The translations under genes were made by a program, and so were the position numbers. This document shows, piece by piece, positions 19,843 through 32,500 of a stretch of 36,687 nucleotides of DNA (position 1 is its first letter; each line of letters opens with the position of its first letter). A model generated the notes under the pieces. That model did not search any database. It was not told where the DNA came from and saw nothing but the letters and a program-made list of their open reading frames with translations. Origin of the DNA: Psammoneis japonica (Eukaryota); NCBI GenBank assembly GCA_008632985.1, contig QPGO01000374.1, forward strand, positions 1-36,687. Direction: 5' to 3'.

Positions 19843-22800
19843 ATGGCCGCTGCCGCTGCCTTTGCCGCTGCTCTTGCGTGTTGTGGATGCAATGTGCAGA
19901 CACGTGACTGCACAGCCAGTCAAGGCTTTGCCACTGTTCAGGACCCAGAACAGGTTCCTTTGGCAGAAATCACTGGCATGACTGAGGGCATCATGAAGGG
20001 GTGGATGCCGCTGCAAACCCTCAAGTCCATTTCCCACACCTGGTGAATCACAAGCTCAAGGCCCTGCATGCATGGGCTGACTGCCACAGGGCCCACAACC
20101 AAGAACCAACCCCGGCTCTCTTCACTGGTGACACCACAGGCCAATGGACGGCACATCTCATGGAATTGGAGCAGGTCAAGTCAGCGGATTTGGATGACAA
20201 CTTGGCGACCAAGACGGCCGTGGAGCTCAAGAACCTTCATGACTGGCCCACCTTCCAAGAGTTTCTGGAGACTGAACTGCGCCATCACCACAGCACCGTC
20301 ACCGGAGTGCCCCTCATCTGCCTTGTTGTTTGGGAGCATGAAGCAGTTGCCGCCAAGATGTTGAGTGCTGCCTGCTCTGCCATTGACGAAGACCTCATTG
20401 CTGCCACTCGACTTGCAGGAGCACAGCATGCACAGGACAGGCAATGCCTGCATGATCTCCTGAAAAAGTTGGTGACAGGTGGACCCGGGTGGGCTTTTGT
20501 CAAACCTTCCAACCGCAATCGTGATGGTCGCACTGCCTTCTTTGCCTTGAAACAGCAAGTGGAAGGATCAGCTGCCTCCACCACCCAAAAGAACCATGCT
20601 CATGCACAGATTGCTGCCGCAAAGAACACCAGATGGGGTTGCTTCACTTTTGACCAGTGCATCCAACGATGTCAGAAAGCCCACAATGACTTGTCAGAGC
20701 TGGGCAAACTGACAGCTGAGACCAAGAAGGTCTGTGACTTTCTCAAGGGCATCTCCAACCTGAGGTTGGAGACTGACAAGAGTGTGGTGGACGGTGACCC
20801 GGCAAAGCTTGCTGATTTCAAGGCATGCCAGCAGCACATGAAGACGCTGGTGGAGAATGCCAAGAACCGCAACACCGATGCCCGCGGGATGGCATCCATC
20901 CAGCACCGCAACAACCGGTGTGGAAACCCAGGTGGCAAACAACAACCCAAGAAGAAAAAAAAAACCGGAAATCCATTTTACCGCTGCCTTGCCACTGCCC
21001 ACACCAACACCGACCACAGTGGACCCACGTTCCCCAGCACCCACAAAGGGCGGCAGGGACAATTGAAACACTGTCAAACGTTGTTAGAAAGACAATGCCA
21101 TCAACACATTGTCCAAAGGCAATGCCGTTGATGCATCATCAGAAAGAGGCTGTTTGTTTGAAGTCGGAACAGCAACCAACCAGATGCTTGTTACACGGCA
21201 ACCACAGTTGCTGTGCCTCGAAGAATGGACAAGCCCAACCACACCACTTGGGAGACACCAAAATGAACACTGCAGAAAACTAAACACGTGTCTGTCTCCA
21301 AAGACAACATGCTTGAAGAGAAGTGAGAGAAATTCCTGGGATGAAAACACCCAAGAAAGTCCAACACGGACCCCAACAAAGAAAGGGAAATGATGGTCGG
21401 AAACATCGGATGAAATTTCCGTCATGCGCAGAATTGCACAGAAATTGTGCACTGAAGCTGCAAAATCGAAGAGCAAGAGGAGCAACACCAAGACTTGGAG
21501 ATGCCAGCCACTTGAAAGCCTTATGATGACCCACTTTGGAACACCGTAGAATGTCCATCATGGACTGCAACACATTGGGAAGAAAACTCAAAGGAAGCAC
21601 GTTGGTGAAAGAACAAAGACAAACCTGAAACGGTCGTCGCCTCGAAATTCTGGCCAAACGCATAGAATTGCACCTGAAATTTGTGCTGGAATGGCTGACT
21701 TGGAAATTGCTGAATCACGTAGAATTTAACACAGAAAACACACTGACATCGGGAAAGAAAATGCAAAGAGATGCGACACCATGGCGGCGCCGCTCTCCCG
21801 AACACAGACACAACAGAGTGTCCCCTCCGGCACCTTTTGGTTTCTCTGTCATTGGCACAACTGCCTGACATCCCAAAGTGCCCGAGGAGGTTGGCATGCC
21901 ACCACACTCTCACACAGGACAATCCTGCGGGTGCTTGCACAGAATTGCAACAACAACCCAAGAAGGACAAGCCCAGGATGTGGGCAGGCCATCATCCCAT
22001 TGATGAGTGGGATGCTCTTGACGACCCAGAAAAGGAACAAGTCAAGAAGCTCTGTGAAGCAAAGCAAGCCAAGAAGAAATGCAAGGCTACAGCTGTGTCT
22101 TTGGAGGCAGAGTCAAAAGAGACTCATGCTGTAAAAGGTGTCTGTTGCTGAGCCTGAAACCAAACCTGCTGACAAACAAAAAGACTCAGAGGAGTTGGAT
22201 TCGAAGCCTGCTGCCAATGCAGGCATGCAGTTTGGACGCAGTGCCCATGAGAAACCTCAGAAAGAGGAACGAATGGTTGCGTCAGCACCAGAAGGTGTGG
22301 AACCGACTGTTGCTGCACCTGCTGGCACTGCACATTTATCTGGGCAATTCTTGAAAGACATGCATGTCTCTCTGTCATCTGCTGGACATTCAGATGGTGA
22401 GGCAATGAATGACTTGGACTCGCACACTGATGCGTGTGCCGTTGGGTCCAATTTTATCATGTGCTCTGCAGATGTTGACCACACTGTTGCAGTGCATCCT
22501 TGCTCCAAAGAGTGTGCACCAATGAGGAACATCCCTGTTTGCACGGCTGCTGCCATGTGGGTTGATCCATCCAATGGACAACCATGCTTGCTGCCAGTCC
22601 ACGAGGCTGTGTTTTTTGGGGACAGAATGACAAACACCCTGCTGTGCCCCAACCAACTGCAAGCAAACGGGCTGACTGTCCATGACACCCCTTGCCAGTT
22701 TGACCCCAATGGCACACACTCCATTGCTTTCCCTGACTTGAAGATCAGGACACCCTTGCACATGCGAGGTGTTGCATTGGTCTTTGACTCACACAAGCCA

Positions 22801-25800
22801 ACTCAGGAGGATCTGCAGAACCTCCCCCGGCTGGAACTCACATCACCCCTGAAGTGGGAGCCTTCTGCTGATGCCATGGCACAAAAGGAGGAAGAGCATG
22901 CATGTGCCAGTGTGTGCCAAGGATCAGTGAAGTCTGATGGACAGGCGACAATGATGAACGCGACCAGGTGTGTCACTTCAATTCATTCGCATCAAACGTC
23001 TCATCACGACAAGAGTGTCATTGTGGACACCAATGACAATGATTCTCTGTGTCACTGCTTGGTTGCTCAGGCAAATGTCTGCCACAACGACATTGATGGA
23101 GACGGGCTTCATTGCCGGTGCAACCCTGACGTTCATCCAGATTGTGCCGAGCAGAAACGGGTGCATGCACTGTTGACCTTGAGTCGTGCATCAACTGTTG
23201 CGCCCATCTCTAAAAGGTGGAACATTGGCTTGATGGCTGCTGAGAACACACTTAGAGTGACAACCCAGGCAGGGGTCCGCAATGTCTGCACCCCACCGAA
23301 TGGAAAGTCCGGAAGAAGGCCCCATGGCTTGAGTTCCCTGCTGTCAAGGGATGCTTCTACTCTGACCAAATGTTTTTGAAGGTCAAATCAACACATGATG
23401 AGATGGGAGGAAGTGCACTTGCCAACAGAAGAGGGCATGATGGGTTCTGTCCTTGGAAAAGGAAGCAGGACCACCCAGATGCTGTCATGTCATTTGCACA
23501 TGACGTTGGTGCACCTCAGATCCTTGTGTCGGATGGCACGCCAGAAATGGCAGAAGGCCAGACCAAGGACATCTGCAAGGAGCATGGGATGCATCAAGAA
23601 GTGTCCACCCCATGCAGCCCCTGGCAGAACCAGCCAAGGCATCCATTCGTGAGTTGAAGAAGAGAGTCCGTGTGACTCTATGCCAGACTGGTGCTCACAG
23701 GCAACTTTGGTCCTGTGGTGTCAAATGGATGTGCAACATCCAACGCATGATTGCAACTGGCATGACGGATGTGGGAGGACGAGTCCCAGAGGAGGAGGTG
23801 ACAGGCTCAACACCTGACATCTCATCCCTCTCTCTTTTTGATTGGTGCTGACCTGTCTGCCATTGCATGCCTGTGGCAGAGTTCCCACACAAGAAGAAGT
23901 GCATTGGCTGTTGGCTCGGAGCAGCCGACAACTGCGCTGATGATGTGGCATTTGTCATCCTGTCTGAATCAGGCAAACCCACAATTCAGAAGGATGCATG
24001 GGCCACACTGGAGGATGACCTCAAAACTCCAGCAATCTAGACGGATTTGCATCAGTTGATCAGGCTTTGATCGAACAACTTGCCATCCCAGAACAGGATG
24101 TCGCAGCTGACTTCCCTGAACTCCCTGACAACTTCATGGATGAAGGGGATGATGTTGTTGAGCCTGTGGAGCCAGATGCTTCCAAACCAGAGGCTGATGA
24201 GTGCACCCTGGAGGGGCTCAACAAACACCTCACAGCTCAGGTTGTGTTGCCACGTGGAGGCAAGCTGACCCATGCCAGGGTCATTGCTTGCAAACGGGAC
24301 AGTGACGGGGTCCCTGTCAGTGCTGGGAATGACAACCCTGTCCTTGACTCTGGGACATGTGACGTGGAATTCCCTGATGGATCCACTGACTCCCACACTG
24401 CCAACATAATTGCAGAGAACCCATTTGCCCAGATGGATTCTGAAGGCAATGCCCACCAGATCTTGAAGGAGACAGTCGATCACCAAAGTGATGGTGATGC
24501 TCGTGTTGCAAAGGCTGATGACGGGCACACAATGACCAAGTCTGGCAGGCATGCTCCTGGGATGACGACCACAGACTGGGACCCACAAGTCAAGTGGAAG
24601 GATGGGACTGCATCCTGGGTTCCTCTCAAGGATTTAAAGGAATCCAACCCAGTTGAGGTTGCTGAGCACACTGCAGCAAACAAAGCAGCCAGTGAACCAG
24701 CCTTTAACTGGTGGGTCCAAGACGTCTTGCATTGCAGATCAAGGATCTTGAAGAAGGTCAAGCTGTGTTGCTGGAAATGCACGCATGAGTTTGGAACTGA
24801 ACTCCCAAAATCTGTCAAGGAAGCCATGGAGACAGACAACAGAATGGGCACTGACTTCTGGTTCAAAGCTGTTGAGAAGGAAATGCACAACGTCATGCCT
24901 GTGTTCAAGTTCCGCAATGACGACACTGTGCCGGTCGGGTGCAAGCATGTTGATTGTCATGTGATTTTTGACGTCAAAAGCACCCTCTAATGTGGAGCAA
25001 GGTTCGTGGCTGGAGGCCATCATGCCAATCCACCCAAGGAATTGACTTGCTCCAGTGTGGTTTCACATGACAGCATCAGGATGGCATTCACTGTGGTGGA
25101 ATGTGGTGGCTCCCAATGACCTGGAGGTCCTGAGTGCTGACGTTCAGAATGCCTGCTTGAACGCACACACTGAGGAGAAGTTGTCATGCTGCTGCTGGCC
25201 TGGAATTTGGGAAGCATGATGAAGGAAGGCCGGTGACCGTTGTCCAAGCCTTGCATGGTCTCAAGTCTTCAGGTGCAAGATTTAGAGAACCTTGTGAGGC
25301 TGACCTGGACATTTGGACGGTGCAAGCTGCTGTTGAGCTGGATGGCTTCAAGCACTGGGGATGTGTGCTTGTCTACGTGGACAACTTGTTGTGCGTCTCT
25401 CATGAACCTCAGAAGGTCATGGATTGTGTGAGCTCCAGGCACACGCTCAAAGATGGAAGTGTCTGCGAGCTGGAAGAGCACTTGGGCACCCAGATCAGAA
25501 AGCACCAGTTGTCTGACTCAGATGGCAAGACACGCTGGGCCATGTCCTCTGACTTGTGTGTCAAAAGGGCATCAGCTGACGTTGAATTAGAGCCCAAGAA
25601 AACTGACAAGTGCCTTGAGCTCAGGACACAGGCCTGAACTGGACAGTTCACCTGAGTTGAGTGCCAAAATGGCTGGCCACTGTCAAGGCCTTGTTGGTGT
25701 GCTCTGGCAGGCAGTTGAACCAGGGCAAGTGGATGTTTTTGTTGCTGTCTTGCTCATGTCCTCCTGCTTGGCAGCACCACGAGTTGGACACCTGGACAAG

Positions 25801-26436
25801 GTGCTCCACATCTTGGTGCACTTGAAGGCTCACTCCAAGTCTGTGCTGGTGTTCGACAACACTGAGCCTGTCTTTGAAAAGAGTCATTTTGCCAAGTGTG
25901 ATTGGGAAGAGTGTCACCCTGGCACAGCTGAACCAATGCCGCCAAATGTGCTGGAAGCACATGGGAACAGCGCGACCACTGCTTGCTTTGTTGATGCCAA
26001 TCACGCCAGATGCCATGTGACGCACAGGTCCCACACTGGAATCCTGACATTCATCCAATGAGTGCCCATCTTGTGCTGCTCTGAGCGGCAGAGTGCCGTA
26101 GAGTCCTCTGCTTTTGGGTCTGAATTTGCAGTGATGAAGACTGCAGTGGAGCAAATTGAGGCTTTGCGTTGCAAGCTTCAGATGCTCGGAATCCCCATGG
26201 ATGGGGCCACCAATGTCTTCTGTGACAATGAAGCTGTCTTCAAGAACTCAATGAAGCCAGAGTCCATGTTGAAGAAGAAGCACAATGCAATTGACCATCA
26301 CAGGACTCACGAGGCACAAGCCACTGGAACAGCGCGCATTGCTTGGGAAGATGGGTGCACGAATCTAGCGGATGCACTGACTGAGTTGTTGCCTGGACCA
26401 AAGCTCCGAGAGATCATGAGTCACATCTTGTGGTGA
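19843..26436 (+). pseudogene. Copia-2 gag-pol pseudogene
   Basis: Gag (GVPL, RDGR.AFFALK, KKV.DFLKGI), protease LDSHTDAC (~22413), integrase (LVSDG, SPWQN..E), RT (FDVK, LHGLKSSG, YVDN at 25374), RNase H (FVDANHA, FGSEF, CDNEAV, NLADALT); multiple stops and frameshifts. Confidence 0.9.
20955..21948. mobile_element. ~1-kb unidentified insertion in copia-2 gag, flanked by a 17-bp direct repeat
   Basis: AACAACAACCCAAGAAG at 20938-20954 and 21949-21965; removing the insert restores gag (..GGKQQPKK|DKPRMWAGHHPIDEWDAL..). Confidence 0.8.
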
Positions 26437-26579
26437 GTCCCAAAAGGGGACAAACCAAATGGGTTTGCCATGCAGGTGCAGCTTTTTCCCACCCCCAAAA
26501 TGAAATGCCACCCTGGAACAGGGCAGCATCAGGTTGCATTTGGTTGTTGATCTGGCCCGAGTGGAGCCAGCATCAGTTC

Positions 26580-26586
26580 AAGGGGA
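26580..26586 (+). promoter_or_regulatory. Polypurine tract of copia-2
   Basis: AAGGGGA one base before the 3' LTR. Confidence 0.65.
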
Positions 26587-26587
26587 T

Positions 26588-26771
26588 TGAGTGAATGCTG
26601 ACACACTGTCACAGATGTGGGCAGTTTGTGTGCCATTGGCGATTGGTCCACCATTGCTTGTTTGGTGGTCCCAGCAGCGTGACATCTCACAATTCTAGAA
26701 CCTGTTGATGCTGTTCAACACTCTGTCTTGTCTCACACCCAATTCTTGGCCATCATGGCAGCATTTGTTCA
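26588..26771 (+). repeat. 3' LTR of copia-2 (184 bp)
   Basis: Direct repeat of 19114-19299. Confidence 0.92.
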
Positions 26772-26893
26772 AGAGAGCAGCAGCACTGGAAATGCAAGTT
26801 GACATCTCTGTGTTGCTCCTTGGTTGCAAGTGTGACAGCCCCAGGGATGGCTGGCAGCTGGCTGCTGTGCTTTGCACAATGCTGGTGTGCTCA
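26772..26893. repeat. Dispersed repeat copy, right part
   Basis: Similar to ~341-493. Confidence 0.75.
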
Positions 26894-27167
26894 GCCACTT
26901 CCCGTGGCATCTCCAACATGTTTTGGTGCTTGTCAAGGCATGCGCAGGAGTCGCGCGCAGCAGCTCAATGTCAGAAGACGACGGTCATGCTGTTTTCGCG
27001 ATTTGCACGACAAATTGCCGTTCAACGCCGACAATGACGATGACGATGACACGTTTGCGACGCTCCCAGCCAGAGAAAGACTTTGCAATTGGCGCTTGAT
27101 GACTGCATCAACAATGCTCTTAAGAACATGGGTGCGTCAAGAAAGCCCCCTGGACGAACTCTCAATT

Positions 27168-27327
27168 GTTCCACAATCAAGGGCATCAAACGATGGCTGA
27201 AAAATTGAGCTCAGCATTGGTGTGATGTTTTGCTTTCAAACGGAGGCGTTCCACAATCAAATGCATCAAACGATGGTCGAAAAATTGAGCTCGGCATTGG
27301 TGCGACGTTTTGCTTTCAAACGGAGGC
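27168..27327. repeat. 80-bp tandem duplication (2 copies)
   Basis: gttccacaatcaa...tttcaaacggaggc starting at 27168 and 27248; copies differ largely by CG vs TG/CA. Confidence 0.9.
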
Positions 27328-29587
27328 TTCTCCCGGGGACTTTCATGACTGGGTGCACTCTTAAACTTAACAAACTAAATGTCTGTAATGCCCAAACAGT
27401 CAAGGACATGTCGTTGTCATTGCTGTCATTACGACAACGCACCATCGTCATTTCGCCGATTTTTAGGATGATGCGTGCAGCGCGCACGAAGTTTCCAGCA
27501 CAAAAAAAAAATCAAAAAGTCGAATCGTCTTGTCATCTCTCACGCGGTTCTGCAATCACCTCATTAAGAATGAAACTCATTGACAATCAAAATTATTGTC
27601 ACATGCGTGCTGTCTCTGTCCACTGATCTTCAATGTTCTCACTTGTCAATTGTGCATTCTCAGAAGAGCTCATTCACAAGTGATTTGATTGTGAAACTTG
27701 TCAACAAACAAAATTGTTGCAAACGTGCTAACTCTGTCCAGTTGTCAATCATGCATTTTTGCAAACGTCAAGTCACAAATGATTTGACCATTTTTTACCT
27801 GCGTGCCCGATTCGTGGTCGGCGGATGCACATTTTTTCACACCACACCACAGACACCAACAACAGCCACAATGATGTTGACACGACCCATGTCGACAACG
27901 TCGCAGAGGCAAGTTCTTTCTTTGTTTTCTCATTTTACACCAATTGCATGCTTGCTGAAGATGTTGTTTGTGCTTTGTTGAAGCTTCACAGGTGGATTGA
28001 TTGTCTCGTGTGGTCGATTGTTGCATCTGTGATGTTGGTGTTTTTTTGCTGCATTTGCACCACCACAGTGCATCCGTTTGGGAGCCTTGTGCCTCATCCC
28101 ACTCTGCATCCTTTGGCACACCTGTCGTGCACATTGACATGGATTTGTGACGTGCTTGACATGTTTTTGAAGGTCTTGGTTGGCTTGTAATCACAGCATG
28201 TCGTTTTTCGGCAAACAACAATTTCTTGAGAAAGTGCGTGTCATGGGAACAAAATGATGCGATGGAGTCTTGGGGATGCTCACGACGTTGGCATTTGTCA
28301 GACAGCCTTCTCACAGTCCAAAAAAGGCAATCCTGTGAGCACAATGTAATTGTTTGAGCATTGGACTCGTTTTGATGAAACTTGCACACCTCACGAGCCT
28401 TTTTTTGTGCCTCTCATCCATGCATGTGGGTGTCTGGTCCTTTTTGACCCTTTCTTCCTGCTCTGCAATCGTGTCATCTTTATGATCTGAGGCACAATGT
28501 CTCCCACATTGTTTTGGGTGATCTTGTTGGTGCAACTACCAGACTGGGTTTTGCACTGGGCAAAACAGAGAAGTGGAGGCTTGTGTGGCCGGGCTCCTTG
28601 CCTGCTCTTGGATGCGTGGATGCAACGATCTGCTGGTGGCATTTGAGGCCATGAAATTTGCTGGGGCAACTCAGAACTGCCTCGGAAAGGTGACCCAGTG
28701 AGTGCAATGTGACATGTGGCCTCAATGGATTGTTGTTGTGTGTGTTGTTCTCCTCACATTTTCATTTTGCCTGTCATGTTTTCAGCATGATTGTCTGGGA
28801 CTGTGGGTGCTGAAAGTGGCCTTTCCATGCCAACACTCCACATGACACAAGTCCTTTGATGACACTTGTTCATTTGGGGAATCAGAGCTTGGAGCGTTTG
28901 GTGTCTATTCGGGTCTAGAGAGGTGCGAGTGTTGGATGAAATGTGGACCAGGTTGTGAATGGAATTTGGCTGACGTGCTGTTTTTTCTTGATGGTGCAGT
29001 TGGTCAGTGCATGGGTTTGTGAGCATGGATGGACTCTTCATTGAGGGCCACTGTTCTGGAATGCTTTGCTCTGGAGCATGACTTTGCGCAAATGGCAAGA
29101 GATCCATCATCATTTGTGATTTTCGACTCATCGCGGCGTTTTTGGCGTTGTCCGACGTTAACCCTCATGTCCAAAACCGTCTGTTTGCCGCCTGATTGTG
29201 CTGTGTGCGGGACCACAATCGCTCTCGTAGGACAATGCCACATTTCTCGTAGAAGATCTTTCCGTTGCAACGCTTTTCGAATGCAAAAACTCCATCCGAC
29301 AACCAACCCTTTAGATGGAGTCTAAAAACGATGTCATTCCAAAACACTCCATCCATTGTGATGGAACATTTTCCATGAGATGTTCAGGAGTGCATTGTTG
29401 GATGAACATTCCAGTGCAGCGAGCTGGTTTTTTTTCTCCGGGCATTTCAAAACGCAAGTGTTTTTGACCCGCCGTTTCGTGACAATGCGTTGAAGCGGTC
29501 GCCGATGTTGATGTTCAGATCAACACCGATGCCAACAATTCAAGTCGAGTCTGCCTGGCAGCAAATCAGAAACGCACAAGTGGTGCA

Positions 29588-32500
29588 ATGAGTGCATCAT
29601 TCGATTTTGACTGTTCCTTGGAATCAGATTGGGTGCAGTGCTGCAAGCAAAAGGAGGACGCTGGTTTTTCTGAAGAGGACCTGCACTTGTTTGTTGATTC
29701 CACGCAGGACAAGTGTTCATCACAATCAACACAGAACCGTCCAAACTGGAGAACAGATGATGATTTTGGGAAAGGTGTTGCAATCACATTTGGCCAGGCC
29801 CGCGCCAAGGTGTGGAAAGCAGCACAAGAGGAGACAAAAGGATGCCAAGAGAGGGTGCAGCAGAAGATGCGGAAGAGCTTCCATGACATGGACCCCATTG
29901 AAGACATTCTGTTGCTCTGCATGGGGAAATCAAGTCCAATGACACAGTTGCTGCAATCAGAACTCTCCATGGATTTCGACGAGGTTGCAGCTTTCCTTGC
30001 TGCGTGTTGCACGCAAAAAGCATGCCGTCTTTCAGCAGAAGAACTGTGCGACGATGGTGACGAGAGACTTGACAATTCTGACTTGATGGATGAAGAAAAG
30101 TGCAAAGCTGTTTAGAAAATCATTGGCAAATCTCCTTCATCAATGGCAGTGCGGAAAAAGACACCTTTTTGGGAGAAGTTCCAAGAGCGGTTCAATGAAG
30201 TGTGTCAGAGCATGAATGTGAGTGACAACATGTCGTTGACAGTGTCGCCAGACAATGACAAGAAAAAGGCTGCTGCAAACAATGGTGCTGACATGCAAGG
30301 ATTAAAGCAAGTCATGCACACTGACAAGCGAAAAGGGACAGTCGGCCACACAGCAGTGTCTCCAGCTGCGCTTCTTGCTTGCAGTGTTTGTTGGGAGCAA
30401 GAGGGGGATTCGACGTACGAGTGCCATGTGAAGCTGGTGAAAACAATGTTTGGAAACAAACCGGTGCTTGACAGGGTTGCATTTTGTTCTGATCATGGAT
30501 GCTGGATTCTCAAGCCACTGGTTTGCTTGTTGGATGATGGAGCCGAAGTGCACGGCACAGTGTGGCGTCAACATTGGTGTCAATTTACATGCGATCAAGA
30601 GTTGAAAGCGGGTGATCCTCGAACTCTAGTCGACAAGGTGGGGCCAAAAACTCTGTGCACTGGGACCGGCAAGGTTGCAGAACGTGACACATGTGGCAAT
30701 GCATGTCGAAACGGCACTGGCGGAGTGGCGCTGACAATGTCATCGATTGTTCATGGCGCGCATTGGGATTGTGCACCCATTGAAGAAAAACGAGTCTCCA
30801 ATCGAATCCCATTGGTGTGCAGTGCAGAGTGGCGTCAGGCTCTAACTTTCCGTCCATTTCTCGTAAACAAGAATGTTGCTGTCGAGGAGGAAATGCTGTT
30901 GGAATTGAGCAAGTTAGCCACAGATCATGTCACTGAGAATCAAGGACATGTGGAGTGGTTCCATGGCAGGGAGTTTGCGGTTGCCTCATCAGGCTCTGAC
31001 ACACAAGTTTTGATGCAGCTAAAACTGGACAAAGACAGAGAGCAGTGACGACCCCACTGGGTGACTTTGGAACAGTGTCTTGACACGTCGTGTGGCACAG
31101 ACGAGGAGCCCAACGAAGAGGTTGATGCAAACGCACAAGGCAGCGCTGTCACAGCAGGCAGCAGTGGTGCCGAGTCGGCTGACACCAGCTCTGACAATGC
31201 TTGTTTGGACAACGTTGTCGGGGATTTGGCAGAGCTGACAAAAGACTTAGATTCAGACACAGACTCAGCCAAACTTGAAAAGGACCTTGAGTCAGACATG
31301 GAAGAGGATGAAAGGCAATCAGTCATTGAAAGACACGTGTCGGAAGCTCGCGACGCAAAAACGAAACGGGAAGAGAAGGCAAAGGAGCTGATTGATGATG
31401 CGGCTGACACCACTGAACGGAACAATGAGATTCGTGTGAAATTGATGTCCGATTTGAAGGCCGGTTTGCACAAAGAGCTGCTCACGGAGATTGTGAAATA
31501 CATGGGTTGGAAGGTTTGTAAGTCACGTGATGCAAACATGAAAAATGCCATCAAATGGCTGGAGGCCACACCCGCCTCTAGGCCGCACATTGTGCTTAAC
31601 AAGAATCAGCTGAAGGTGAGGACAAGAACGCTTTGTTTGGATGTCACAATTGCAGTCCATTCTCCAATGCTGCGTTCCATCGTACCCGCACATGCCTTCA
31701 AGGAAAAGCACAGAGAATGCATCAACAGCACCACACCATCAAGTGTGAGCAAGAACAACGACTTCATGTCGATTTTAAGTGGCGAAACTGCTGCACCCGC
31801 GGCGGAGAGAGAAAGCAGCCCCAATCCCGCCACGCCTCTTGAAGCCGCGACACACACGAACTGTCTTCCTCCACTGAAAGGCGAGGCAGCTGAGTTGTGT
31901 CAATTGGGTCACAAGATGGAGAAAAAGCATGGAGAGGATCTTCTTGCAGTTGCCAAAGATGGCGTGATGCTGGAGAATGGTGCAGTCTTGGCAGTCGAGT
32001 GTCTCTTCAGAGCCGGGTTGCTGCAGAAACGAGGGCGACCATGTCAAAAAGACTCTCCAGATTTGATTGCTGCAGCAACTCTTGACGGTGAACGAGTCAT
32101 TGCTGTTGCAGAAATGAAGGCTCGTTGCAAATCGCTGACCGCGGCAAAAGAAAGGAAGCGACTGTCGGAGGTTGGTGAGTTCTCATTTGTCGATTGCAAT
32201 TCCCCCGACTTGCGCAAATGCACATTGAAACGATCGGAAGCGGTTCAGGCAAGTGTTGGTTGATGCAGCGCATTCCTCACACAAACACTCGCCAGTTCAC
32301 CCCAATTTATTCTGCAACACAATGTGGCAGTGCACCCATCATGCCAGCACGGTCGGAGTGAACTGTGTCGTGCTCGCAACAGGTGACCGCCTTGGTCCAA
32401 CAGGAGTCATGGTTGTCAAGTGTGACAAGTCATTTCTTGCCAACTGCCAGCAATGTGTAGATGACATGCACGAATCATCTTTGAAGTGGGCGTGCGAGGG

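Larger units (their letters stand above)
19114..26771 (+). mobile_element. Decayed Ty1/copia LTR retrotransposon (CoDi-like, different lineage from copia-1), copia-2
   Basis: LTRs 19114-19299 and 26588-26771 (TGA...TCA); iMet-like PBS; PPT; gag, PR, IN, RT and RH remnants in copia order; flanks ACAGAG/AGAGAG. Confidence 0.93.

Noticed and set aside
25374..25385. RT YVD tyrosine retained in both copia elements, suggesting selection
   Set aside because: Only two cases, and copia-2 is clearly dead (YVDN, stops); chance survival is sufficient.
27745..29356. Divergent minus-strand second gene of the piggyBac-like element
   Set aside because: Only fragmentary ORFs with no motif I can support.
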